Below, piece after piece: positions 1-9,351 of a stretch of 62,020 nt of DNA. Each line of letters starts with the position of its first letter. The stretch's first letter is position 1. The stretch is from an uncultured Pseudomonadales bacterium (GTDB taxonomy: Bacteria > Patescibacteriota > Microgenomatia > UBA1400 > PJMF01). The notes under the pieces are model-generated. The model saw only the letters and a list, made by a program, of their open reading frames with translations, ran no database searches and was not told the DNA's origin. The stretch spans positions 1 to 62,020 of the forward strand of contig CAYSMC010000024.1 in NCBI GenBank assembly GCA_964432115.1. Reading direction: 5' to 3'. Made by a program: the position numbers and the translations under genes.

Positions 1-63
1 GACATTCCCAGCCAGATCTTTAGTCACTTAAGGGCAGTGACTAAAGATCTGGCTGGGAATGTC
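1..63. repeat. Perfect 28-bp inverted repeat with 7-nt loop at window start (probable fold-back assembly artefact)
   Basis: 1-28 GACATTCCCAGCCAGATCTTTAGTCACT is the exact reverse complement of 36-63. Confidence 0.9.
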
Positions 64-174
64 GGTGAGTCTTTGGACAAGGTGGTAGTGACTCCCAAAG
101 CAACTGAGAACGCACTAGATTTAGTGATGAGTAACTTACAATTTGCCTTTGGCTTTTTAAATAGAAATAAGTAA
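1..174 (+). CDS. 3' end of a gene truncated by the window edge, possibly an Ig-like repeat protein
   Basis: Frame 1 open to TAA 172-174, which overlaps the next ATG; ...LRAVTKDLAGNVGES resembles the Ig-like 'DxAGN' motif. Confidence 0.5.
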   Translation, partial: DIPSQIFSHLRAVTKDLAGNVGESLDKVVVTPKATENALDLVMSNLQFAFGFLNRNK

Positions 175-593
175 TGAAAAAAAAGATAAAAAATAAAAAA
201 TTCAAAAACTACTGCTTTTTTCGCTTTTGTAAGCTGTTGCTATTAATAGCCTTGATTCTCGGCTTGTTTTTGGCTTGGTTGTTCTTTAATAGCAAATTAC
301 GCTCTATTGAAAGGAGACTGGAAATTACTTTTATTAGTCCTCATCAGGCGCTGATTTTTTGGAAGAGTGATAGTCAATCTTTGGGCTATGTTCGGTCTGG
401 AACTAGCAAATATTGGCGCAAAACAACAAGTTATCAAACCAGCAGTGAAGCGGGTGACATTCATGCTGTTTTACTAGAAGAAATTCCGGCTGAGGGCTTG
501 TATATTAGTATTCATAATGAAAACGACAACTTTTTTTATTTCCCAGAAATAATAAAGATTGGTTACGATTATGCAAAATCAGAGATTGAGTAA
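174..593 (+). CDS. Membrane-anchored hypothetical protein (possible FN3-like domain)
   Basis: N-terminal TM helix; translationally coupled to both neighbours. Confidence 0.65.
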   Translation: MKKKIKNKKFKNYCFFRFCKLLLLIALILGLFLAWLFFNSKLRSIERRLEITFISPHQALIFWKSDSQSLGYVRSGTSKYWRKTTSYQTSSEAGDIHAVLLEEIPAEGLYISIHNENDNFFYFPEIIKIGYDYAKSEIE

Positions 594-1435
594 TGAAAAA
601 AAATACAACTGAACAAAAAACTAGCAACAAACAAGCAATCTTAGAAATCAAAGATGTTCACAAGTCCTTTATGATTGGTAATAATGAGTTAGAAATCATT
701 AAAGGAGTAAGTTTTACGGTGTACAAGGGTGATTTTGTGATTGTTTTTGGTCCTTCAGGATGTGGTAAAAGTACCATTTTAAATATTTTACTAGGTTTAG
801 AGCCACCAACCCAGGGAACAGTTAATTTTTTAAGTCAAGATTTATACAAAATGTCAGAAGATAAGCGTTCACAATTGCGCAAAAAAGAAGTGGGTATGGT
901 TTATCAGCAATCAAATTGGATCAAAGCTCTCAAAGTGATTGAAAATGTTTGTTTTCCACTAACTTTGCAGGGAGTAACTATTGAAGAGAGAGATAAGCAG
1001 GCCAAAACCGCCCTTGAATTAGTGGATATGTTGCAGGCAGCAGAACAGATTCCAACTGAATTGTCAGCTGGACAACAGCAACGCGTATCTTTGGCTAGAG
1101 CTTTAATTACCAAACCGAGTTTGTTGGTGGCTGATGAGCCAACAGGCAATCTAGATTCAAAATCAAGCGAGGAGATTATGAATCTTTTTAAAGATTTTAA
1201 TGAGCAAGGCCATACGGTGGTGATGGTTACTCACGACTTAGAGTACTTGCGATATGCTTCTCGCTCCGTGCAAATATCTGATGGGGAAATAGTGGAAGAA
1301 CACAAGGCTAATGCTGAAACCTTGAAAGAATTGGCCGTTTCCAAGCGAGGCAATGGTTCTGTTTCGAGCTCCAACAGTCGACAAGAGGCCACTAGCAATC
1401 TAGAAGAAGAAACAAAAAATGTTGAAAAAAATTAA
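593..1435 (+). CDS. ABC transporter ATP-binding protein (LolD/MacB-like)
   Basis: Walker A GPSGCGKS, signature LSAGQQQRV, Walker B LLVADEPTGNLD, H-loop VTHD. Confidence 0.95.
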   Translation: MKKNTTEQKTSNKQAILEIKDVHKSFMIGNNELEIIKGVSFTVYKGDFVIVFGPSGCGKSTILNILLGLEPPTQGTVNFLSQDLYKMSEDKRSQLRKKEVGMVYQQSNWIKALKVIENVCFPLTLQGVTIEERDKQAKTALELVDMLQAAEQIPTELSAGQQQRVSLARALITKPSLLVADEPTGNLDSKSSEEIMNLFKDFNEQGHTVVMVTHDLEYLRYASRSVQISDGEIVEEHKANAETLKELAVSKRGNGSVSSSNSRQEATSNLEEETKNVEKN

Positions 1436-4037
1436 AATTAAACCAGCTGAAGTATTGCAGTTTGTCAAAGCTTTTCTTTTAGAATCTTTGCTGTTATTAA
1501 AATTCTTTTTCCTTTTGGCGGTGATAACCGTTTTTAGCACTGTGGATTTAATTTATAAAATAGCTTCTCTAATACCGGGTCTAAAAAAGTTAGCCAAAAA
1601 GAATAGTGTTTTGAGAAAGAAAATTTTAGATTTGATTGATCCCTATATAGAGGGGGAAATGAGCAATCGAGATATTATTCTTTTAGCAACTAAGCATTTA
1701 AAAACAAAAAAAACCAGAACGATAATTACCATAGGTGGTATGACCATAGGTTTTGGAGCGATTATCTTTTTATTATCACTGGGTTATGGTTTTGAAAGAC
1801 TAGTAGTTTCTCGAGTAACTAATTTGGGGGAAATGAAACAGGTTGATTTGAGCATTGGTCAAGCAAGCTCTTTGGTTTTTAGCGATGAGGTAATGCAACA
1901 GATGTTAGAGATTGAAGGAGTAGATGAAGTTTTGCCTATTGTTTCTTCAGTGGCTAGAGTTAGTTACCAAAATTCTATTTCAGATGTGGTGGCTTATGGA
2001 GTCACCACTCGCTTTTTGACCGAATCAGCGATGAGACCCAATCGAGGAGCAATTTTTGAAGATGAAAATTATTCTGCCGAAGAATATATATTAAAAGCCA
2101 AAGAAGCTGAACAAAAACGGTCAGAAGAAGAAGCAGAAAATGATGAAGAAGATGGAGAAGTAGCAGGAGCTAGTGTTGTAGTTAATAGCACTGTGGCTCT
2201 TGGTCAGGAGAGCGCTAAATTGAGTTATGAAATTTATCCTTTGGTTTGGAAGGCGGTTTATGATAGTCCTTCACCGAAAGCTAATATCATCGCTTATACC
2301 AAGCGTCAAGCAGGTTCGCAACAAGCCACTGAGGTTTGGGGTCAGCCTCATCCAGACGATCCCAATGCTAGTTCAGTACAAGATATTAATGGCAACTTTT
2401 TTAGCACTTGGATCTTTGATAGTTTTCCTCTTTGGGATAAAACTTCTTGTGATGAAGCAGCTGCAGATTGTATTGAAGGAAAATATCAGGTCAGCAAAAG
2501 TGCTTCTCGGCAAATGATTAGTGCTGGATATATTACTCAAGATTCAGTTAAAGTTGAGCGATTTAACATCATTTCTTTATCCAACCCCGTGCATATTGAA
2601 GGTGAGAGTTTGGGAGAAATCGATCTTAGCATCACTCATGACAATTGGTATCAGTTGTACGGCCAACCCAAAAAATCTGGCTTAATGCTTTTGCAATTTA
2701 CTAAAATGACAGAATTTCCCAAAACAATCAAAGCTGAATTGGTAGTGGGGGAGGCTTACTATGGGAAATATGGATCGGTACTAGAAAATTCATCTGGAAG
2801 AAAGTTGGGTTATTGGTTAAAAGCTGAGTGGCCAGTCTGGGAGCAAATTGACTGTGGAGAGGGTTGTGATCAGCACTTTTTAGCAAGAAGGGATATCGAC
2901 AGAAAACAAGAAACTGTTACTGCATATATCCGTGCAGAGAATTTAGAGCTACTAAATTTACCATTCAATCCTTCTCAAGGTAAAGTGTTAGGTGAAAGTA
3001 CTACTGCCGAAGATCAGTCAGCAAGCCTTGTTACAACGACTTCTGCCACAGATTCTACTGTGTCCATAAGCAGCAGTTCAGCTACCGCTACAACAAGCGC
3101 CACTCAGGCCTCAGTCACAGGTGATGAAGACTTGGATAGTTTGTTGGCGGAATTTAGTGAAGATGAAGATTTAGATTTGGTCGAGATAATTTCTCAACTA
3201 GAGGCTGTAAATCGTGTTGAAAAAATGATCATGCCCTTTAGTAGTGAAGCAAAAAAGATTGTTTTAGTGAATCGATCGATGTTAAATTTATTAGGTATTG
3301 ATGAGGGTGTAGCTCTGGGAGAAACATTTAGTGCGATTTTGGTTTTTGATGGTAAACTTTTTAATCAATCGGAAACCTTGGTTGAATCAGATGAGGTAAT
3401 TATGACTATAGCCGGAATTTTACCCGACGATCGAACACCAGCCTTTTATTTGCCATTTGGTGACGTAAAAGGTACAGGGATTGCAAATTATTCTCAAGCC
3501 AAGGTGATTGTCAATGATCAAGATAAATTAGCAGAAAGTCGAACAGAAATTGAAACTATGGGTTTTCGCACCAGCTCAGTAGTGGACACAGTAGAACAAA
3601 TTAATAGCTTGTTTCAAAGTTTAAGGTTAGGTTTATTAGTTTTTGGCATGGTTGCCTTGAGTGTAGCGGCTCTAGGGATGTTTAATACTTTGACCGTTTC
3701 TTTGTTGGAAAAGACTAGAGAAGTGGGATTGATGAAAGCAATAGGGATGAAATCTCAAGAAGTGAAAATGCTATTTTTGGCAGAGTCGGTAATTATGGGC
3801 TTTTTCGGAGGAGTTTTAGGTTTATTATTCGGTTTCCTAGCGGGTCAACTTTTGAGTATAGTTTTAAGTAGTATCGCTGTAGCCAGTGGTTTTGACCCAA
3901 TCACCGCTACCCATATACCTTTAAATTTAATTTTAACAATCACTGGCTCTTCGTTCTTAATTGGAGTTCTAACTGGTTTCTATCCGGCTTATCGCGCAAC
4001 CCACATTTCAGCACTTAATGCTTTGCGCTATGAGTAG
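1419..4037 (+). CDS. ABC transporter permease, MacB/FtsX family, with large extracytoplasmic insert
   Basis: KTRTIITIGGMTIG N-terminus; C-terminal EKTREVGLMKAIG and YPAYRA...ALRYE motifs. Confidence 0.92.
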   Translation: MLKKIKIKPAEVLQFVKAFLLESLLLLKFFFLLAVITVFSTVDLIYKIASLIPGLKKLAKKNSVLRKKILDLIDPYIEGEMSNRDIILLATKHLKTKKTRTIITIGGMTIGFGAIIFLLSLGYGFERLVVSRVTNLGEMKQVDLSIGQASSLVFSDEVMQQMLEIEGVDEVLPIVSSVARVSYQNSISDVVAYGVTTRFLTESAMRPNRGAIFEDENYSAEEYILKAKEAEQKRSEEEAENDEEDGEVAGASVVVNSTVALGQESAKLSYEIYPLVWKAVYDSPSPKANIIAYTKRQAGSQQATEVWGQPHPDDPNASSVQDINGNFFSTWIFDSFPLWDKTSCDEAAADCIEGKYQVSKSASRQMISAGYITQDSVKVERFNIISLSNPVHIEGESLGEIDLSITHDNWYQLYGQPKKSGLMLLQFTKMTEFPKTIKAELVVGEAYYGKYGSVLENSSGRKLGYWLKAEWPVWEQIDCGEGCDQHFLARRDIDRKQETVTAYIRAENLELLNLPFNPSQGKVLGESTTAEDQSASLVTTTSATDSTVSISSSSATATTSATQASVTGDEDLDSLLAEFSEDEDLDLVEIISQLEAVNRVEKMIMPFSSEAKKIVLVNRSMLNLLGIDEGVALGETFSAILVFDGKLFNQSETLVESDEVIMTIAGILPDDRTPAFYLPFGDVKGTGIANYSQAKVIVNDQDKLAESRTEIETMGFRTSSVVDTVEQINSLFQSLRLGLLVFGMVALSVAALGMFNTLTVSLLEKTREVGLMKAIGMKSQEVKMLFLAESVIMGFFGGVLGLLFGFLAGQLLSIVLSSIAVASGFDPITATHIPLNLILTITGSSFLIGVLTGFYPAYRATHISALNALRYE

Positions 4038-4045
4038 TTTTTTGA

Positions 4046-7000
4046 TTAGAATCTAATAGCTGCGTTATCGTTATATAAGAGCTTAATTTGTTCTAGGGTG
4101 AGGGCATAGTTATAAATCCGTACATCATCAATTTGGCCATTAAAATTATAATTTGTACCCTGATAGGTGCCGATTTTGGCACTGACATCATTGACTGCCA
4201 GATTACCAGTTATGGGAGTAGTGCCTACTAGTGTGCCATCTTTATAGATTTTAATATTTGCCCCATCATAAGTGCCGACAAAATGATACCAGCGATTCAA
4301 CTCATGGGTTTCGGAGTCAGCTGCATTTCTGTCCAGTCCGCCTACAGTTAGCCTGAAACGAATTTTGTTAGAAGGATTTTCCATTAAAAATGTCCAAGGA
4401 CTGCCTTTGACAGCAATCACTGAATAGGACTGCCCACCACCTCCATAAGCATTATATTTTGCCCAGGCAGAAACTGAAATTTGATTAGTAAAATCTTTAA
4501 TGCTGCTGTCATTTCCCAAATCTATATAATCATCAGTTCCATCAAAACTGAGCGAGCTATTGAATTGGCCATTTCTACCGTTATACCAGGCTTCTGTGGA
4601 ACTTCCAGAACGACAACTACCCAGGGCGTTTTGGGTACCGCTACTACCAATATTAATCGTACCATGATTATTATTACCAGATATATCGTTGGCTGTTGTT
4701 CCTTGACACTCATCTAGACGCCAATGGGCGACTGGAGCGCCACGATTGTAGTCCCAAGCGACTTGAGCAGGAGTACGAGCGTAGTCATAGATGCGGACGT
4801 TATCAATCGAGCCGCTATACCAAAAACTTGTTCCTGTATTTGCTTTGCCAAACATAACAGCTGTAGCTTGAAGATTGGGCGTATAAGTATCTGTCACTTT
4901 TAGTTTGCCATCGACATAAAGAGAGGCAGTACCGCTTGTGCCTCCACTAAAAGTCAGAGTTAAAAAGTGCCAGTCATTATCAGTAATGCCTGATCCATAA
5001 TTTCTTCCATAAAAACCACCGCCAATTGAATTTGATGTGCCCAAGCTAGCTGAAGAGCACCAACCGAGCCAAGCGGCTTGTGAAGTGCTGGCGTTTCCGA
5101 TAGAAACACCGAGCCCAAAAGTACTATGTGAGCCGGCTTTAAACCAGCCCTGCAGGGTAAAAGCTGAGCTTCCAAGAATTGTATTGCTACCTGCTTGAAC
5201 ATAATTATTACCATCAAAATTTAGAGCTGAACCAAGACTATTTACTCCTTTAATCCAGTTGCTATTACTCATATCAACTAAAGTTCCATCATTACTATTG
5301 TCTGAATAATCATGAGCGACAGTTCCAGTATTTTCATCAAAGGTCCACTCGCCAACTGGTGGTGAACAAGAACCAGTATCTCCGGGTACGCAATATTCGC
5401 TGGCCGAAGAACCAGCAGAACCAGCGGGACTTTCTGGAGATTGGCCCATTACAGTTGATACACCCTGATTGTATTCTTGAAGGATTTCTCCAGCACTAAG
5501 CGCTGAGTCATAAATTTTTACTTCATCAATAAGACCTTTGTATGGATAATTGACTAAATCATATTGGCCGATTCTAAAAGCTTGATTCCAACTAGGGCTT
5601 GTAGTGCTATGGGATGCACCAGATTGCTTGCCATTGATATACCATCTTTCTTCAGTGCCGTTAAACCAGTAAATGACGTGGGTCCAGCTGCCATTTGGTA
5701 CATCACCAGTCCCGTTGGACCAAAAATTACCGTCCTGTTGAGAGAGCATTGCACCACTAGATCCAATTAGCAGTCTGCGAGTGCCGCTATATCCAAGAAT
5801 TGCTCGATAGTTACCAGTGTTTTCGGGTTTCACCCAAACTGAAATGGTAAAAGGTGCACCTGAAGTTAAGCTGGTGATGGCAGGTACGCTAACATAATTG
5901 CTAGTCGTACCATCAAAACTTAAAGCACTGCCTTTTTTTCCCTGTTTTGTCCAAGTAGCACTGGTGATAGTGCCATGATTTTCTTGATCAGAAGAGTCAT
6001 AAGCGGTGCTTCCACTAGCTCCATCAAATTTCCAGTAAGCTAATAATTTGCTTGGAAGCGGAGTGATTGCGGCAGACCCCATTTGGTGGCCAAATACTGT
6101 TTTTGAACCAATTTTTGCACTACCAGCAATATAGTCTGCATTGATTTGTTCAGCACTCCGAGCATAGGGATAAATTTTAATTTCATCCATTAAGCCATCT
6201 GTCCACCAGCCGTACATAGTGCCAATGATGAGAGATTGAGCATTATCTATGCTATCCGTAACAGTTGAAATATTTAGTTCATTACTTTGTTTTTTCCCAT
6301 TGATATAGGCTAAAACTTTTCCATTGCTTCTATCAAAAACAAAATTATAATGAACCCATTGATTTATTAAATCACTTGGTTGACTGCCGTTGTTAAAACT
6401 TAGAGTAGATCGAACAAAATTATTTGATATGTCACGAATACAAATATCTATTCCAGTGCTTTTGTACCCATGACCAATGTCAAAGCCGGCATTTGCTACT
6501 CCATCTGCGTAACATTTAATAGATTTTTTGATCATAAAATTTGATCGAGGATAAGTATAATCGCGATGAAGGGCCCAAGCAGAAATTGTAAAATCTTTAG
6601 TATTAAAATTTAGTAGTTCGTCATCACTCACGGTAACAGTTCCAGGAAAATTTAGGCACTGGCCATCGATACAAGAATCAGGCGTTTCCCTCGTTGCCGT
6701 AGCAACTGTACCATGATTTTCCTGACCAGAAGAATCATAGGCAGTGCTTCCACTTTCTTCGTCAAATTTCCAATAGCCAACTGGAGCAGGGGAGCTTTCC
6801 TCACTAGAAGAGAGGCTGGTAGTTGGGTCAGTGCTCGCATATTGTCGGACAAACAAATTGTCATAATATGCTGTTCCAGCACTGTGACTCCAAATCCCTA
6901 TGTGAGAGTAACTATTAGTAATATCCCAATTATCAAAAGCTGTTTGACGAGTGGAGTCAAAATACAAGGCCTCTAAGAATCCTGCATTGACTACTGCTTT

Positions 7001-7846
7001 GTACACATGCCAATTGCTATCAATTGTTTGAGAATTAGTAAAAGAACCAAAAGCACCATCATGTGTTTCCACTATCTGGTTGGTAGATGCTCTAAGATAC
7101 ATTCCATAATAATCTGCGTTTGTTCCGTTGCTAGCAAAAATAAGTCCCGGATGAGGACTATTGGTTGCTGTGCTCGTGGCTCTTATAGCCATTTCCACGA
7201 TGTAGCTACTCTCCAGGCTAGCTTCTTTATAGATCTCTCCTGGTCCGTTGTTGCCACTAACTCCCAATACTTGTCGAGAACCATCAGTATCAAGAGCAAA
7301 ATTCTCTGTTTCGCCTATCCAATCAGAATATTCTGTAAAATCTTCAAAAAATTCAAAAACATTACTGCCATTTTCTGTGTTGCTGGCAGTACTATTTCCA
7401 TAGTAAATAAAAATAGTGCTAGCGTTATTTCCCTTATAAACTGTTGGAACCTTCACCCAGACTTTTGTATTAGCATTATTGCAGCCAGGGTTATCTTCCT
7501 CAATCCAGTGAGCTAAGAGATTGCCATCCCAATCAGTGACCCTTAAGTCTTCGCAAGCGCTTTGCATTTTATTGGCAGAAATTAAGCTCGCTGTGTCTAG
7601 CTCAAAGCTGATTTGAAAATTTTCTAAATCTGTTCCGTTGCTATTACTAATTAGTATGCCTCTTCGATACAACCAGGTTTCGTTCCACCACTCGGCTGCA
7701 ACTTGTTTGACTTGAGTTAAACTGTAGAGAGCTAAACCGAGTAGAAAGGGAAGAACAATCAATAAAATTGTCCACAATCTCGCTTTTTGTTGACTATTGT
7801 TTTTCTTTTTAGTAAAAAGGCTAGTGAAATAATTACTCAAGGCCAT
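4046..7846 (-). CDS. DUF2341 + four LamG/concanavalin-like domain surface protein
   Basis: WWNETWLYRRGI..DLRVTD..IYYGN (DUF2341-like); four 'W.FDE..G..A.D.S...N.GT ... G.IDEV.IY' repeats. Start moved to ATG 7846 because the ORF-track start lies inside tRNA-Arg. Confidence 0.9.
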   Translation of the reverse strand: MALSNYFTSLFTKKKNNSQQKARLWTILLIVLPFLLGLALYSLTQVKQVAAEWWNETWLYRRGILISNSNGTDLENFQISFELDTASLISANKMQSACEDLRVTDWDGNLLAHWIEEDNPGCNNANTKVWVKVPTVYKGNNASTIFIYYGNSTASNTENGSNVFEFFEDFTEYSDWIGETENFALDTDGSRQVLGVSGNNGPGEIYKEASLESSYIVEMAIRATSTATNSPHPGLIFASNGTNADYYGMYLRASTNQIVETHDGAFGSFTNSQTIDSNWHVYKAVVNAGFLEALYFDSTRQTAFDNWDITNSYSHIGIWSHSAGTAYYDNLFVRQYASTDPTTSLSSSEESSPAPVGYWKFDEESGSTAYDSSGQENHGTVATATRETPDSCIDGQCLNFPGTVTVSDDELLNFNTKDFTISAWALHRDYTYPRSNFMIKKSIKCYADGVANAGFDIGHGYKSTGIDICIRDISNNFVRSTLSFNNGSQPSDLINQWVHYNFVFDRSNGKVLAYINGKKQSNELNISTVTDSIDNAQSLIIGTMYGWWTDGLMDEIKIYPYARSAEQINADYIAGSAKIGSKTVFGHQMGSAAITPLPSKLLAYWKFDGASGSTAYDSSDQENHGTITSATWTKQGKKGSALSFDGTTSNYVSVPAITSLTSGAPFTISVWVKPENTGNYRAILGYSGTRRLLIGSSGAMLSQQDGNFWSNGTGDVPNGSWTHVIYWFNGTEERWYINGKQSGASHSTTSPSWNQAFRIGQYDLVNYPYKGLIDEVKIYDSALSAGEILQEYNQGVSTVMGQSPESPAGSAGSSASEYCVPGDTGSCSPPVGEWTFDENTGTVAHDYSDNSNDGTLVDMSNSNWIKGVNSLGSALNFDGNNYVQAGSNTILGSSAFTLQGWFKAGSHSTFGLGVSIGNASTSQAAWLGWCSSASLGTSNSIGGGFYGRNYGSGITDNDWHFLTLTFSGGTSGTASLYVDGKLKVTDTYTPNLQATAVMFGKANTGTSFWYSGSIDNVRIYDYARTPAQVAWDYNRGAPVAHWRLDECQGTTANDISGNNNHGTINIGSSGTQNALGSCRSGSSTEAWYNGRNGQFNSSLSFDGTDDYIDLGNDSSIKDFTNQISVSAWAKYNAYGGGGQSYSVIAVKGSPWTFLMENPSNKIRFRLTVGGLDRNAADSETHELNRWYHFVGTYDGANIKIYKDGTLVGTTPITGNLAVNDVSAKIGTYQGTNYNFNGQIDDVRIYNYALTLEQIKLLYNDNAAIRF

Positions 7847-7897
7847 AAGCTTGTTTTCAGTATAAAGAAAAAAAGAAATATCAGCTAGTGCTTTTTG

Positions 7898-7969
7898 TGC
7901 CTCCACCAAGAATCGAACTTGGATTTAAGGTTTAGGAAACCTTCGTTCTATCCATTGAACTATGGAGGC
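7898..7969 (-). tRNA. tRNA-Arg(CCT)
   Basis: Minus strand GCCTCCATAGTTCAATGGATAGAAC..AAGGT-TTCCTAA-ACCTT..GTTCGATTC..TGGAGGCA cloverleaf. Confidence 0.95.
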
Positions 7970-8012
7970 TAAATTTGCTTAGCTCTTAATTTTAATATTC
8001 AATTACTTCATT

Positions 8013-9239
8013 TTAAGTTGAGTGTAATTTAGCAATTTTATCATTGGCTCTTAATTTTGAATAGAATTCAGCTTTGATTATTACATAATTGATGATTATT
8101 AGTGGAATAATTCTAAAGAGGACTGTTATAACCCAAGCAAGATCTGTGATGTAGCGTCCTTCTGCTCCAATTTGCAGGAGGTAGAAGAAAATAAAAGGTG
8201 TTGGTAATAAGTACGACAAAGCACTAATTTTTACAATTTTTTTATTAAAAGATTTTTGAGTGAGGACGCCTAGAGCTAAAAAAGGAGCCAAACTCGTGTA
8301 ATGATATTCAAAAACTAAGTCATAGAATAATAAGTAGAAAGAAGTCCACATAAATAAACTAACAAAAAAGTTTGGTTTGACGCGCGTTTGTATTCTCAGA
8401 AGTATTAGGGCAGTGCTGATCTTCACCAAGTTGGCGTAGGGTTTTAAAACTACAAAATACCTGAGCAAAGCGTCCAGATTAAAAATTCCCGGAGGACCGC
8501 CAATTGGATCTCTAAAACGATTAAATAAATTACTAAAATAATAAAGACCTGCGCCACTAATGGCATAAGGTAGTGAAACCACGATAAAAATAAATAAACC
8601 TAGTGCTAGTGTTGTGTAGTGTTTTTTAAAGAATAGTGCAATTGCCCAGAGTAAACCAATGGGTTTAACTAGTAGAGCAAAGGTAAAAACAAATGCATTA
8701 ATAATTTGCGATTTTTTTGATGGGATTTGTTCCTTAAGATTGCTGATTAAAAAGAAAAAAATAGCTGTATCTAATAAAAAATGATATTGGCCGTTCCAAA
8801 TTTCCAAATAATGAGGAAAAATAGCGATTAATAGACAAATTGCTAAGGGAAAATTTTGGTGGTAGCGGTATTTTTTGAAGAGTGTAATTGCTAAAACCAG
8901 GGTAATAACTAAGCGGAAAAGTAACCATAGTCTAAAGGCAGTTGCTGCTTTGAATAATTGTAAAACACTACCAACAACAATTGTAAAAAAAGGATGGTAA
9001 ACATTAATATTACTGAACGGTGCGTAAGCTGGCACATCAGCATCACTTGGTAATTCACCTGTTAGAAAACCTCCTCTTAGCCATGCGTAAGCTCCATTGG
9101 GGACTTGAAAAAAATCAATACCTTGCAATTCATGAGTGTTGCCATGGGCAAAAAAAATATCAAAATGATGTGTTTGGAGTGCAGAAAGATAAAAAGCTAG
9201 GTGGATAACAATTGCCAAGATGATAATAAAGCGCTTCAT
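8013..9239 (-). CDS. Polytopic membrane glycosyltransferase (GT87/DUF2029-like, GT-C)
   Basis: DF after first TM, YHPFF, NGQ, ALLVKP motifs; start moved to ATG 9239 (ORF-track extension overlaps tRNA-Pro). Confidence 0.7.
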   Translation of the reverse strand: MKRFIIILAIVIHLAFYLSALQTHHFDIFFAHGNTHELQGIDFFQVPNGAYAWLRGGFLTGELPSDADVPAYAPFSNINVYHPFFTIVVGSVLQLFKAATAFRLWLLFRLVITLVLAITLFKKYRYHQNFPLAICLLIAIFPHYLEIWNGQYHFLLDTAIFFFLISNLKEQIPSKKSQIINAFVFTFALLVKPIGLLWAIALFFKKHYTTLALGLFIFIVVSLPYAISGAGLYYFSNLFNRFRDPIGGPPGIFNLDALLRYFVVLKPYANLVKISTALILLRIQTRVKPNFFVSLFMWTSFYLLFYDLVFEYHYTSLAPFLALGVLTQKSFNKKIVKISALSYLLPTPFIFFYLLQIGAEGRYITDLAWVITVLFRIIPLIIINYVIIKAEFYSKLRANDKIAKLHST

Positions 9240-9246
9240 TTTTTTG

Positions 9247-9320
9247 TCGGAGATGGCGGACTCGAACCGCCGACCTCGGCGTCCCGAACGCCGCACTCTA
9301 GCCATCTGAGCTAATCTCCG
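9247..9320 (-). tRNA. tRNA-Pro(CGG)
   Basis: Minus strand CGGAGATTAGCTCAG..CGGCG-TTCGGGA-CGCCG..GGTTCGAGTCC..ATCTCCGA. Confidence 0.95.
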
Positions 9321-9351
9321 GTCTTTATACTGGGCCTTTTTATGTACTAAG

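Noticed and set aside
1-63. Terminal hairpin as a telomere or biological palindrome
   Set aside because: It begins exactly at base 1 and mirrors coding sequence, typical of a fold-back read or contig-end artefact; needs read support.
7847-7909. ORF-track N-terminal extension of the LamG protein
   Set aside because: Start lies within tRNA-Arg; ATG 7846 is more plausible.
9240-9305. Arg-rich N-terminus (MARVRRSGRR...) of the membrane glycosyltransferase
   Set aside because: It is a translation of tRNA-Pro.
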